NCBI GenBank assembly: GCA_024680675.1
Contig: JAILBX010000208.1
Location: 18,493-82,492, forward strand
Length of the DNA stretch: 64,000 nucleotides
Reading direction: 5' to 3'
Source: Lachnospiraceae bacterium
Lineage (GTDB): Bacteria; Bacillota; Clostridia; Lachnospirales; Lachnospiraceae
In this document: one piece after another, positions 19,582 to 27,110 of the stretch
Layout: each line of letters begins with the position of its first letter
Numbering within the stretch: position 1 is the first letter of the stretch
Notes under the pieces: model-generated
What the model was told of the DNA's origin: nothing
Seen by the model: only the letters and a program-made list of their open reading frames with translations
Databases searched by the model: none
Program-made: the position numbers and the translations under genes

Positions 19582-19610
19582 ATAATAGAACCCATAAAGA
19601 TATATGTCAA
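19582..19610 (-). promoter_or_regulatory. sigma-A-type promoter of nrdD
   Basis: On the minus strand: TTGACA (19605..19610), a 17-nt spacer, then TATTAT (19582..19587). Confidence 0.5.
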
Positions 19611-19678
19611 GTATGAAATTTAAAACATTTTTATGATCCCTGAATTTATCGGGGAAAAATTGACAATGGCAAAAATCT

Positions 19679-20566
19679 TTACTTAAGATAATTCAAGGCT
19701 CTTAGCTTGTCATAAACCAGACCGGCTATGGCGTCATAAGAATCCTGGGTAAGGTGCACCCGGTCATCCACATATCCCTTTTCCTTGCTAAGACTTGAAT
19801 CCACATCCAGATAGAGATCCCCGTAATGGGCTTTCAGACCCTCATTGATGAGACTGCTCATATCAGGCCCCCCCTCTTCGTTTCTTAACTCAAATCTTGA
19901 GGTGGTTCCTAAAACTATATACTTATTTAAAGCACTTTTACTTATATAATCGTCAAGAGTTTTAATAACAGCTTCAACATCTGTATTGGGTTCACCACCC
20001 ACAACCCAGTCATTTGACCCGCACCAAAATACATAAACCTTATCGGGATCCGGACTCTGACCTGCGTAGCTTTCATCTTCATAAGCCCAAAGTATATCAT
20101 GGGTATTAAATCCCCAATAACCAAATCCCTCCACATTTGCACCGCTTAATTTTGAAAGGGTAACATAAGGGGCATTATCAAGATTGTCATCCTTAGCTCC
20201 AAGGGAACCCTGAGTCAGAGAATCTCCAAGCCATACTATAGTTACGTCACTGTTATCCACAGTCTCATCTGCAGTCTCAGTAAGAGCCGGCTTTTCAGTC
20301 TCATTGGCAGCTTCTGTAGCAGGAGCCTCCACCTTTTCGTTGCTATCTTCTGTAACAGCCTCAGCAGGAGCTATGTCTGCAGTTTCATCAACCGCCTCAG
20401 TGACGGCAGGCTTCACATCCTCTTTAGCGCCCTCTTTGTTCTCACTATGATCTGCCAAAGATCCATCAGGAGCTTTGGCAGCCTTACTGCTTATGCAGCC
20501 GGTAAGGGAAAATCCAAGGATCATTATACAAAAAGTAATAAATACTAAAATTCTTCTCTTTTTCAT
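19679..20566 (-). CDS. secreted SGNH/GDSL-family hydrolase lipoprotein
   Basis: Lipobox 'LTGC', an acidic Ala/Glu/Thr linker, and SGNH blocks 'VWLGDSLTQG', 'GSND' and 'DRVH'. I preferred the start ATG 20566 (MKKRRIL) after the SD GGGGAG; the alternative ATG 20584 overlaps the WYL gene's stop. Confidence 0.75.
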   Translation of the reverse strand: MKKRRILVFITFCIMILGFSLTGCISSKAAKAPDGSLADHSENKEGAKEDVKPAVTEAVDETADIAPAEAVTEDSNEKVEAPATEAANETEKPALTETADETVDNSDVTIVWLGDSLTQGSLGAKDDNLDNAPYVTLSKLSGANVEGFGYWGFNTHDILWAYEDESYAGQSPDPDKVYVFWCGSNDWVVGGEPNTDVEAVIKTLDDYISKSALNKYIVLGTTSRFELRNEEGGPDMSSLINEGLKAHYGDLYLDVDSSLSKEKGYVDDRVHLTQDSYDAIAGLVYDKLRALNYLK

Positions 20567-20576
20567 TGCTCTCCCC

Positions 20577-21560
20577 TTATTCATAACCCTTAAGCCTTGA
20601 TCTTAAAAAGCTTATATAGCCTTTTCTTACCTCCTCGGATCCAAGGATAAGGATATCATCACCTAAAGAAGAAAGCCAGCCATAAAAGGCGTCGGATACT
20701 TCCACCTCGTAGTGAAGTCTGACATGCTCATCATCCTCACTCATGACAGATATATCCCTGCCCAGCCTGTCAATAAAAATACCGATCTTGTCATTTGGAC
20801 ATTTGATAGTAACACTTTCCGTCTTTCCGCCGTACATTCCGAATATTTTTTTTGAATAATCGGCTATATCGATATCCTTCTTCCGGATTACCTTCTCATC
20901 ATCATCAGGAATACTGACACCCTTTATTTTATCTACCCTGAAATGTTTTCTTACATTATCATCAAGATCGATACCCAGTAAATAATAGTATTCATCATCC
21001 CAAATAAGGGCAATGGGATCCACATGGTATTTCTTTCCCTCATGTCTTGGAACCAGCTCCTTATTCTTATCCCACTTCATATAGGAAAAAAGAATATTCT
21101 TATTCTCCGTAATAGCTTCGCTTATATCATCAATGGCATAGAACACGGACTCATTTTGAGCCTTGATCCTGTTGACGGTATAAACCTGACGTTTAAGCTT
21201 TTCCGCATTATATATATTTGTTAAGGAGGCCAGCTTTTTTATCAGCTCTTCCGATTTTTTTTCAGTAATAAAATGTGACGACTGAACGGCATCTACCAGG
21301 AGCTTTAATTCTGCCAGTTCAAAATCGGATGATCCTACGAAATAGCCCCCGTCTCTCCCATCTATCTTCAAAAGATCCAACCCATAATCTGCCAGGTATT
21401 CAATATCGCTGTAAATACTTTTCCTCTCCGCCTCTATACCATTAGCATTAAGCTTGCTGATTAGTTGTGGGGCATTAAGAGGATGCTCCTCATCTGATTC
21501 CCTTAAGAGAATATCCTTTAAATATAAAAGCTTTAATTTTTGTCTGAATGATTTTGCCAT
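20577..21560 (-). CDS. HTH-WYL domain transcriptional regulator
   Basis: N-terminal winged HTH ('LNAPQLISKLNANGIEAERKSIYSDIEYL') and a central WYL-type beta domain ('HVDPIALIWDDEYYYLLG'). The start is ATG 21560 (MAKSFRQ), directly after the SD GGAGGGAG. Confidence 0.75.
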   Translation of the reverse strand: MAKSFRQKLKLLYLKDILLRESDEEHPLNAPQLISKLNANGIEAERKSIYSDIEYLADYGLDLLKIDGRDGGYFVGSSDFELAELKLLVDAVQSSHFITEKKSEELIKKLASLTNIYNAEKLKRQVYTVNRIKAQNESVFYAIDDISEAITENKNILFSYMKWDKNKELVPRHEGKKYHVDPIALIWDDEYYYLLGIDLDDNVRKHFRVDKIKGVSIPDDDEKVIRKKDIDIADYSKKIFGMYGGKTESVTIKCPNDKIGIFIDRLGRDISVMSEDDEHVRLHYEVEVSDAFYGWLSSLGDDILILGSEEVRKGYISFLRSRLKGYE

Positions 21561-21581
21561 AGCTCCCTCCAATTTTGTAAA

Positions 21582-21598
21582 ATCATAAGTATTATGAT
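21582..21598. promoter_or_regulatory. 17-bp perfect palindrome in the divergent WYL/AP2 intergenic region (candidate operator)
   Basis: The sequence is ATCATAA-GTA-TTATGAT. It overlaps the candidate plus-strand promoter TTGTAA-17-TACACT and the candidate minus-strand promoter TTGCCT-17-TATCAT. Confidence 0.3.
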
Positions 21599-21659
21599 AC
21601 ACTATCAGAGATATTTAGGCAAGAAGCCCGGGCTGACAAAGTTTTTTATGAGGTAGATC

Positions 21660-22454
21660 ATGTTAAAGGGTGTTTACAGAGGAAGAAAGAAAGACGGAAG
21701 TGAATATTTCAGAAGCTCCATTACCTATAAGAACAAGCATATAAGTCTTGGAGGCTTTAGGTCCGAGGAAGAAGCTAACCGTGCCTATAATGAGGCAGGT
21801 GATGTTTTATATGGAAAGTCAGGTCTTGAAGATTATAATGAAAATTTTGTCATACCCTTTGACAAGTATATATCCCTGGTGAATTTCAGGGATAATAATA
21901 TGTACATAAAAAATCCCATTTACCTTATGAATACCTATATAGAATATCATTTCAGTAATGAGATAGTTTTCAAATTCGATATTGAGGATCTCTTTTTTTA
22001 TTCTGTTCACCGTATTCAGGGGCGTAAAGGCCATTATTTTGTTTCCGACTATGGTATGCAGCTTAATCTGAAACACAGATATGGAATTAAAAATCATGCT
22101 GTGTTAAACAGAGATTACCGCTTCATAAACGGTGATGTCTATGATTACAGATATGAGAATATAGAGATATTAAGCAGCTATAAGGGGGTTATCCTGCAGA
22201 CCCTGAAGGGAAGGGCCTTCTATAAGACCATGATACTTGTCAGGGGAAATTACCTTGTCGGAAACTATGAAAGTCAGATCGAAGCTGCCATCGCATATAA
22301 CAAGGCTGCAGATATAATAATGGAAAAAATCCCCGAAAAAAAATATGAGCTCAACTATATTGACTCTCTTTCAGCCTCGGAATATGCACAAATATATACT
22401 GATGTTAAAATATCCCAAAAGATATATGCCATAAAGGAGCAGGAGAAGGTCTAA
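21660..22454 (+). CDS. AP2-domain protein (AP2, degenerate HNH-like core, AP2)
   Basis: The N-terminal 'GVYRGRKKDGSEYFRSSITYKNKHISLGGFRSEEEANRAYNEA' and the C-terminal 'YKGVILQTLKGRAFYKTMILVRGNYLVGNYESQIEAAIAYNKAA' both fit the AP2/ERF fold signature. The central 'LKHRYGIK..YRFINGDVYDYRYENIEIL' resembles an HNH_3 motif that has lost its His and Asn. An SD GAGGT precedes the start. Confidence 0.65.
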   Translation: MLKGVYRGRKKDGSEYFRSSITYKNKHISLGGFRSEEEANRAYNEAGDVLYGKSGLEDYNENFVIPFDKYISLVNFRDNNMYIKNPIYLMNTYIEYHFSNEIVFKFDIEDLFFYSVHRIQGRKGHYFVSDYGMQLNLKHRYGIKNHAVLNRDYRFINGDVYDYRYENIEILSSYKGVILQTLKGRAFYKTMILVRGNYLVGNYESQIEAAIAYNKAADIIMEKIPEKKYELNYIDSLSASEYAQIYTDVKISQKIYAIKEQEKV

Positions 22455-23827
22455 TTCATCTTCCCGTAATCTACCATAGACAGGATCAGATCTGCGTCTC
22501 TTGACATACCCTCCACACTTCCCTCTCTTGTGTAATGCCACATGGCAAAATCATAGGGAAAATCCGTATACCAGTCATCGCTGTATATGGCAGAGGAACT
22601 GCTTCTGTAATCTATATTCTGACTTGAGGATGTATTCGGCGGTTCATTTCCGGGCCCCTTTTCCGATGTTCCCGATACAGAGCTTATCTTTCTTTCATTA
22701 GCGGGCTTTGAGTTTATTTCATTAAGCTTTATCTTATCTGCAAGGAGTATGGGATAATCCTTAAGCTCCAAAAGATCCAACCCCGAAATAAGCATATTTC
22801 TCTCAGCATACACCATGGGTTTATACCCGAAGCTTTTTACTGTTTCAAGATATTTCTTAAGATAAGCTGTCCTTTCATCCTTATCAAGCTTTTCGGTTCT
22901 TGAAGAATCACCGCCATTATCCACATATACTGCCACCGGGTATGTGATATTATACTGGGATATGGCACCCACCGTGAAATTTGCTTCCTCTACTGCCTCT
23001 GCCTCACTTGTGGCTGCGCTTGTAAAATATGCCCCGATCTTTATTCCCGCAAGGTTAGCCCCTAAGGCATTGGTGACAAAGTACTCATCAAGAGCTATAA
23101 GACCGTTGTCAGGGCTTCTTCCGGCAACCTTCAGCATAACAAAATCCACAGAATCCTCCTTCATCTTGTTATATTCTATTATTCCGTCTGCCTTGGATAT
23201 AAGAACGCCTGTAAGGGATTTAAAATCACCGTCATCATAGCTTAGTCGCATATTTTTAACAGTAAGATTATTTTTAAGATCATATTTATTTTTTGTCATA
23301 TCACTTAAGATATCGTAATAGACAATTTTCCCGTCAGCATCTACTACGGGGATCTTATTCTCATCTTTATTTTCACTGACTGCTTCATCATTCCCGACTA
23401 TCAGAGGCTCTTCATTATGAACAGGCTCCTCAAGGGGCTTTTCATCCTTTTCTTTAAAGGATATCTTTTTTTCCTCTTTACTCTCGGCTGTATTTTCGGT
23501 ATCCCCTAAGCCCTTGTCAGTATTCAGACTGCCAATGGAGCCGGATTCATACATATCCCAAAAATCAAGATCCTCGGATCTTAAATTGCTTTTCCCGATC
23601 TCAAGCTCAGAGTAGGCCTCCTCCCTTTCCTTAAGAAGCTCCTCCTCTTCAAGAAGCTTAGCCCGGTATTCCCTGCTCCTCTTTGCTTCTTCTTCTTTTG
23701 AATTGTTATATAAGAAGAATAAAAAGACGAGAATTATCAGGGAAGCTATGCATAAACAGGACATAATGGCAGTTTTAAGATTATTTTTATTTTCTTCTTC
23801 ATTATCGTAAGGGTTGAATAAATTCAT
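22451..23827 (-). CDS. membrane-anchored GH25 (lysozyme-like) domain protein, probably non-catalytic
   Basis: N-terminal TM anchor, a Glu/Lys coiled region, and a GH25-like core ('DFVMLKVAGRS', 'GIKIGAYFTS', 'EAEAVEEANF', 'FGYKPMVYAE', 'WHYTREGSVEGM'). Confidence 0.55.
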   Translation of the reverse strand: MNLFNPYDNEEENKNNLKTAIMSCLCIASLIILVFLFFLYNNSKEEEAKRSREYRAKLLEEEELLKEREEAYSELEIGKSNLRSEDLDFWDMYESGSIGSLNTDKGLGDTENTAESKEEKKISFKEKDEKPLEEPVHNEEPLIVGNDEAVSENKDENKIPVVDADGKIVYYDILSDMTKNKYDLKNNLTVKNMRLSYDDGDFKSLTGVLISKADGIIEYNKMKEDSVDFVMLKVAGRSPDNGLIALDEYFVTNALGANLAGIKIGAYFTSAATSEAEAVEEANFTVGAISQYNITYPVAVYVDNGGDSSRTEKLDKDERTAYLKKYLETVKSFGYKPMVYAERNMLISGLDLLELKDYPILLADKIKLNEINSKPANERKISSVSGTSEKGPGNEPPNTSSSQNIDYRSSSSAIYSDDWYTDFPYDFAMWHYTREGSVEGMSRDADLILSMVDYGKMN

Positions 23828-23892
23828 TTTAAAACCTCCCCCAAATACCCCTGCAGGCAGAGTCTTATTTTTCTGTCATTCCTTTATCTATA

Positions 23893-23901
23893 TGTTATAA
23901 T
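23893..23901 (+). promoter_or_regulatory. extended -10 promoter (TGTTATAAT) positioned for a leaderless apbE mRNA
   Basis: The TGn-TATAAT element ends at 23901. The apbE ATG begins at 23908, only 6 nt later, and there is no SD in between. Confidence 0.4.
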
Positions 23902-23907
23902 TGCAGA

Positions 23908-24933
23908 ATGAGAAAAAGATCACTTATTTTTTTAATAATGCTTATTATAATATGTTTTCTGCAAGGATGCAAAAAAAGTAGCTATCCACTGTCCAAACAG
24001 GGCTTTTATTTTGATACCTTAATAAATATAAGCATATATGAAGGGGGTGATGACTCCCTTTTGGATGAGAGCTTTCAACTCTGTAAAAAATATGAAGAGA
24101 TCCTGAGCAAGACCATAGAGGGTTCCGATGTTTACAGGATAAATCACTCTTTAGAGCCTGTTATAAAGGTTTCTGAGGATACAATAAACATTTTAAAGGA
24201 GGCTGAATACTGCAGCAATTTGTCAGAGGGCAGATATGACGTAACAATAGAGCCCCTTATCTCCCTATGGAACTTTGAGGCTTTATCGGATCATGATAAA
24301 AGCTTCAGTATTCCCTCTGAAAACTCATTGAGGGAGGCTATGTCCCATGTTTCAATGTCAAAGCTTATGATTGATGAAAAAAACAATACTGTCACTAAAA
24401 CAGATCCCAAATGCTCCATAGATCTTGGTTCCATAGCCAAGGGCTATATAGGGGATAAATTAAAGGAATTTTTAGTGGAAAGGGGCGTGACCTCAGCTAT
24501 TATAGATCTTGGAGGCAACATAATCCTCATAGGGTCTAAGCTAAGTCAAGGAGAGGGGGACAGGGATTTTCACATAGGTATAAAAAACCCGGATAAAAAA
24601 GGAAATGCTTTGGTCATAACGGCTGTTAATGTCAGGGACACCTCAGTTGTCACTTCCGGAATTTATGAGAGATTTATTCTTATAAACAATAAAGAATACC
24701 ACCATGTTATAGATCCGAAAACAGGATATCCTGTGGAAAATGAGCTGGCAGCCGTAACTGTTATCTGCCCCTCTTCCACCAGGGCCGATGCCTTAAGCAC
24801 ATGCTGCCTGCTTTTAGGGGAAGAAAAAGCTCTAAAGCTCATTGACTCCCTTGAGGATACGGAAGCTGTCTTTATAAAGAAAGACGGCAGCCTTTCATAT
24901 ACAAAAGCCGCCGCCTCTATCTTAGAAAAATAA
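23908..24933 (+). CDS. apbE: FAD:protein FMN transferase (flavin-trafficking lipoprotein)
   Basis: Lipobox 'LQGC' and ApbE motifs 'DLGSIAKGY', 'TSGIYERF' and 'HHVIDPKTG'. It is adjacent to the rnf operon, whose RnfG and RnfD subunits need covalent FMN. Confidence 0.9.
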   Translation: MRKRSLIFLIMLIIICFLQGCKKSSYPLSKQGFYFDTLINISIYEGGDDSLLDESFQLCKKYEEILSKTIEGSDVYRINHSLEPVIKVSEDTINILKEAEYCSNLSEGRYDVTIEPLISLWNFEALSDHDKSFSIPSENSLREAMSHVSMSKLMIDEKNNTVTKTDPKCSIDLGSIAKGYIGDKLKEFLVERGVTSAIIDLGGNIILIGSKLSQGEGDRDFHIGIKNPDKKGNALVITAVNVRDTSVVTSGIYERFILINNKEYHHVIDPKTGYPVENELAAVTVICPSSTRADALSTCCLLLGEEKALKLIDSLEDTEAVFIKKDGSLSYTKAAASILEK

Positions 24934-24952
24934 AGAAAGCTTAAGGTCTCAC

Positions 24953-25768
24953 TTAATCCTTAAGAGAATTGTCAAAGCTCTTGATAACACCCTTGGGACA
25001 TTTTTCCATACATACTCCGCAGGCATTACACTTGCTCTGATCAATATGGGCAATGTTATTGTTAATGGTGATCGCTCCCGTTTCACAGTTTCTTGCACAT
25101 AAACCGCAGGAAATACAGCCGGCTCGGCAATCCTTCATAACCTGGGGTCCCTTATCATTGGAAGCACAGGCCACGGCATATTCAGCACTGTAGGGAATGA
25201 GCTCAATAAGCTTCTGAGGACATACATTTGCGCATTGTCCGCAGGCTGTACATTTTTCCCTGTCAACAACTGCTATTCCGTCAATAATGTGGATGGCATC
25301 AAATTTGCAGACGTCAACACAGCTTCCAAAGCCCATACATCCATAGCTGCAGGATTTTGGTCCCTTTGCCGGGACAAAAGACACCATTCTGCAATCCTTA
25401 ACCCCCTGATAATCATAATTCAGGGAGGTCTTTTCGCAGGTCCCGCTGCATTTTACAAAGGCCACCATTTTTTCTCCCTCATCAGCCTGAACGCCCATGA
25501 TGGAGGCCAGCTCTTTTGCGACCTTTGCTCCGCCTACAGGACAGCCGTTAACCGCCGCTTCCCCCTTTATTATAGCCGCGGCCAGACCGCTGCAGCCGGG
25601 AAAACCGCAGCCACCGCAATTATTTCCCGGAAGAGCCTTTATTATTGCCTCTTCCCTTTCATCCACCTCTACTTTAAATATATTTCCGAAGATGCTCAAA
25701 AATATACCTATCAATATTCCTATACCGCCAACTACGGCCACAGCAATGATTATTCCAAACGTATTCAA
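24953..25768 (-). CDS. rnfB: Rnf complex subunit B (polyferredoxin)
   Basis: N-terminal TM helix, 'CGGCGFPGC', and several CxxCxxCxxxCP 4Fe-4S motifs. Confidence 0.9.
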   Translation of the reverse strand: MNTFGIIIAVAVVGGIGILIGIFLSIFGNIFKVEVDEREEAIIKALPGNNCGGCGFPGCSGLAAAIIKGEAAVNGCPVGGAKVAKELASIMGVQADEGEKMVAFVKCSGTCEKTSLNYDYQGVKDCRMVSFVPAKGPKSCSYGCMGFGSCVDVCKFDAIHIIDGIAVVDREKCTACGQCANVCPQKLIELIPYSAEYAVACASNDKGPQVMKDCRAGCISCGLCARNCETGAITINNNIAHIDQSKCNACGVCMEKCPKGVIKSFDNSLKD

Positions 25769-25777
25769 GGCTACCTC

Positions 25778-26353
25778 CTACTTTAACCCGGCAAAACCAA
25801 AGAAAGCCATAGCCATCAGACAGGCTGTCAGAAGAACTATGGGTGTTCCTTTAAAGGACTTGGGTATATTGTTATATTCTATCTTTTCTCTGATCCCTGC
25901 AAGAATAACAATGGAAATAAGGAAACCTGTGGCTGTGGCAAAGCCGTTGACAACGCCTTCAAGTATACCGTATTCCTTTGTAACATTTGTAAGCGCAACT
26001 CCCAATACCGCACAGTTAGTTGTGATAAGGGGAAGATAAACTCCCAGTGCATTATAGAGACCCTTCATTTTCTTTTTTAAGAACATTTCCACAAATTGAA
26101 CCAAAGCTGCTATTACCAGTATAAATACAATTGTCTGAAGATAGGTTATATTTAAAGGCAGAAGCAGAAATTTGTATATGATACCTGCAACAAAGGATGC
26201 CAGGGTGATAACAAAGACAACTGCCCCGCCCATACCCGCTGCGGTCTTTACCTTCTTTGAAACTCCAAGGAAAGGACAGATACCTAAAAACTGAGACAAT
26301 ACAACATTGTTTATAAATGCAGATCCAATTGCTATTGCTATTAATTCACTCAT
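25778..26353 (-). CDS. rnfA: Rnf complex subunit A
   Basis: 191-aa six-TM protein of the RnfA/NqrE family in the canonical rnfCDGEAB order. Confidence 0.9.
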   Translation of the reverse strand: MSELIAIAIGSAFINNVVLSQFLGICPFLGVSKKVKTAAGMGGAVVFVITLASFVAGIIYKFLLLPLNITYLQTIVFILVIAALVQFVEMFLKKKMKGLYNALGVYLPLITTNCAVLGVALTNVTKEYGILEGVVNGFATATGFLISIVILAGIREKIEYNNIPKSFKGTPIVLLTACLMAMAFFGFAGLK

Positions 26354-27110
26354 CCTTTACCTCCTCCTCTTCTGCTTTTACTGCTTTTACTTTCTTTACC
26401 TTTTTCGCTTTGATCTTTGCCTTTGGCGTTTGCCTGATATTTTTACTTTCACAGCAATCCATCATGCAGCTGCTGCAGTTTTCTCCGCTGCAGCTTCCTA
26501 TCTCAATGGGAGGCTTACCCTTCTTTTCTCTCAGCTTATTTAAGAGAGCTACCAAAAAGGCCAGAACCATAAAGGCTCCGGGTGCCAGGATAAAGATGGT
26601 AAGAGGCTGGTAACCCTTTGGCATAACTGCTATTTCAAATATTTCTCCGTTTCCCAAAAGCTCTCTGACGATACCTATGGATGTAAGTCCAAGAGTAAAG
26701 CCCAAGCCCATTCCAAGTCCGTCAAAGAAGGATGCTATAAGATTGTTTTTGGAGGCAAAGGCCTCTGCTCTTCCTAAGATTATACAGTTAACAACGATAA
26801 GAGGTATATAAATACCAAGTGAATCATAGAGGCTTGGAAGATAAGCCTCCAAAAGCATTTCAACTATAGTAACAAAGGAGGCAATGATAACAATAAAGGC
26901 CGGTATTCTTACGCTGTCCGGTATAAGCTTTCTCAAAAGAGATATAACCATATTTGAAAGAACCAAAACCGCTGTTGTTGTAAGTCCCATTCCAAGTCCG
27001 TTTACAGCAGAGGTGGTTACGGCCAGGGTCGGACACATGCCCAACATAAGAACAAAGGTGGGGTTTTCCGTCACAATACCGTTTATAAAGGGTTTAAAAT
27101 TCTTATTCAT
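26346..27110 (-). CDS. rnfE: Rnf complex subunit E, with a Cys-rich and Lys-rich C-terminal extension
   Basis: RnfE/NqrD-like polytopic core ('GMCPTLAVT', 'GIYIPLIVVNC') plus a 57-aa tail 'GKPPIEIGSCSGENCSSCMMDCCESKN..KAKIKAKKVKKVKAVKAEEEEVKDE'. Confidence 0.88.
   Translation of the reverse strand: MNKNFKPFINGIVTENPTFVLMLGMCPTLAVTTSAVNGLGMGLTTTAVLVLSNMVISLLRKLIPDSVRIPAFIVIIASFVTIVEMLLEAYLPSLYDSLGIYIPLIVVNCIILGRAEAFASKNNLIASFFDGLGMGLGFTLGLTSIGIVRELLGNGEIFEIAVMPKGYQPLTIFILAPGAFMVLAFLVALLNKLREKKGKPPIEIGSCSGENCSSCMMDCCESKNIRQTPKAKIKAKKVKKVKAVKAEEEEVKDE

Noticed and set aside
21660-23827. The AP2/HNH-like gene plus the GH25-like gene might be a prophage remnant or lysis cassette.
   Set aside because: There is no integrase, holin, terminase, structural gene, att-like repeat or tRNA nearby. 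Both proteins look catalytically degenerate. The GH25-like protein has a housekeeping-style membrane anchor rather than an endolysin architecture.
24939-24964. A hairpin (CTTAAGG-N11-CCTTAAG) between the convergent apbE and rnfB genes, considered as a bidirectional terminator.
   Set aside because: It has only a 7-bp AT-rich stem with an 11-nt loop, no flanking U-tracts, and it overlaps the rnfB stop codon. This is too weak to call.
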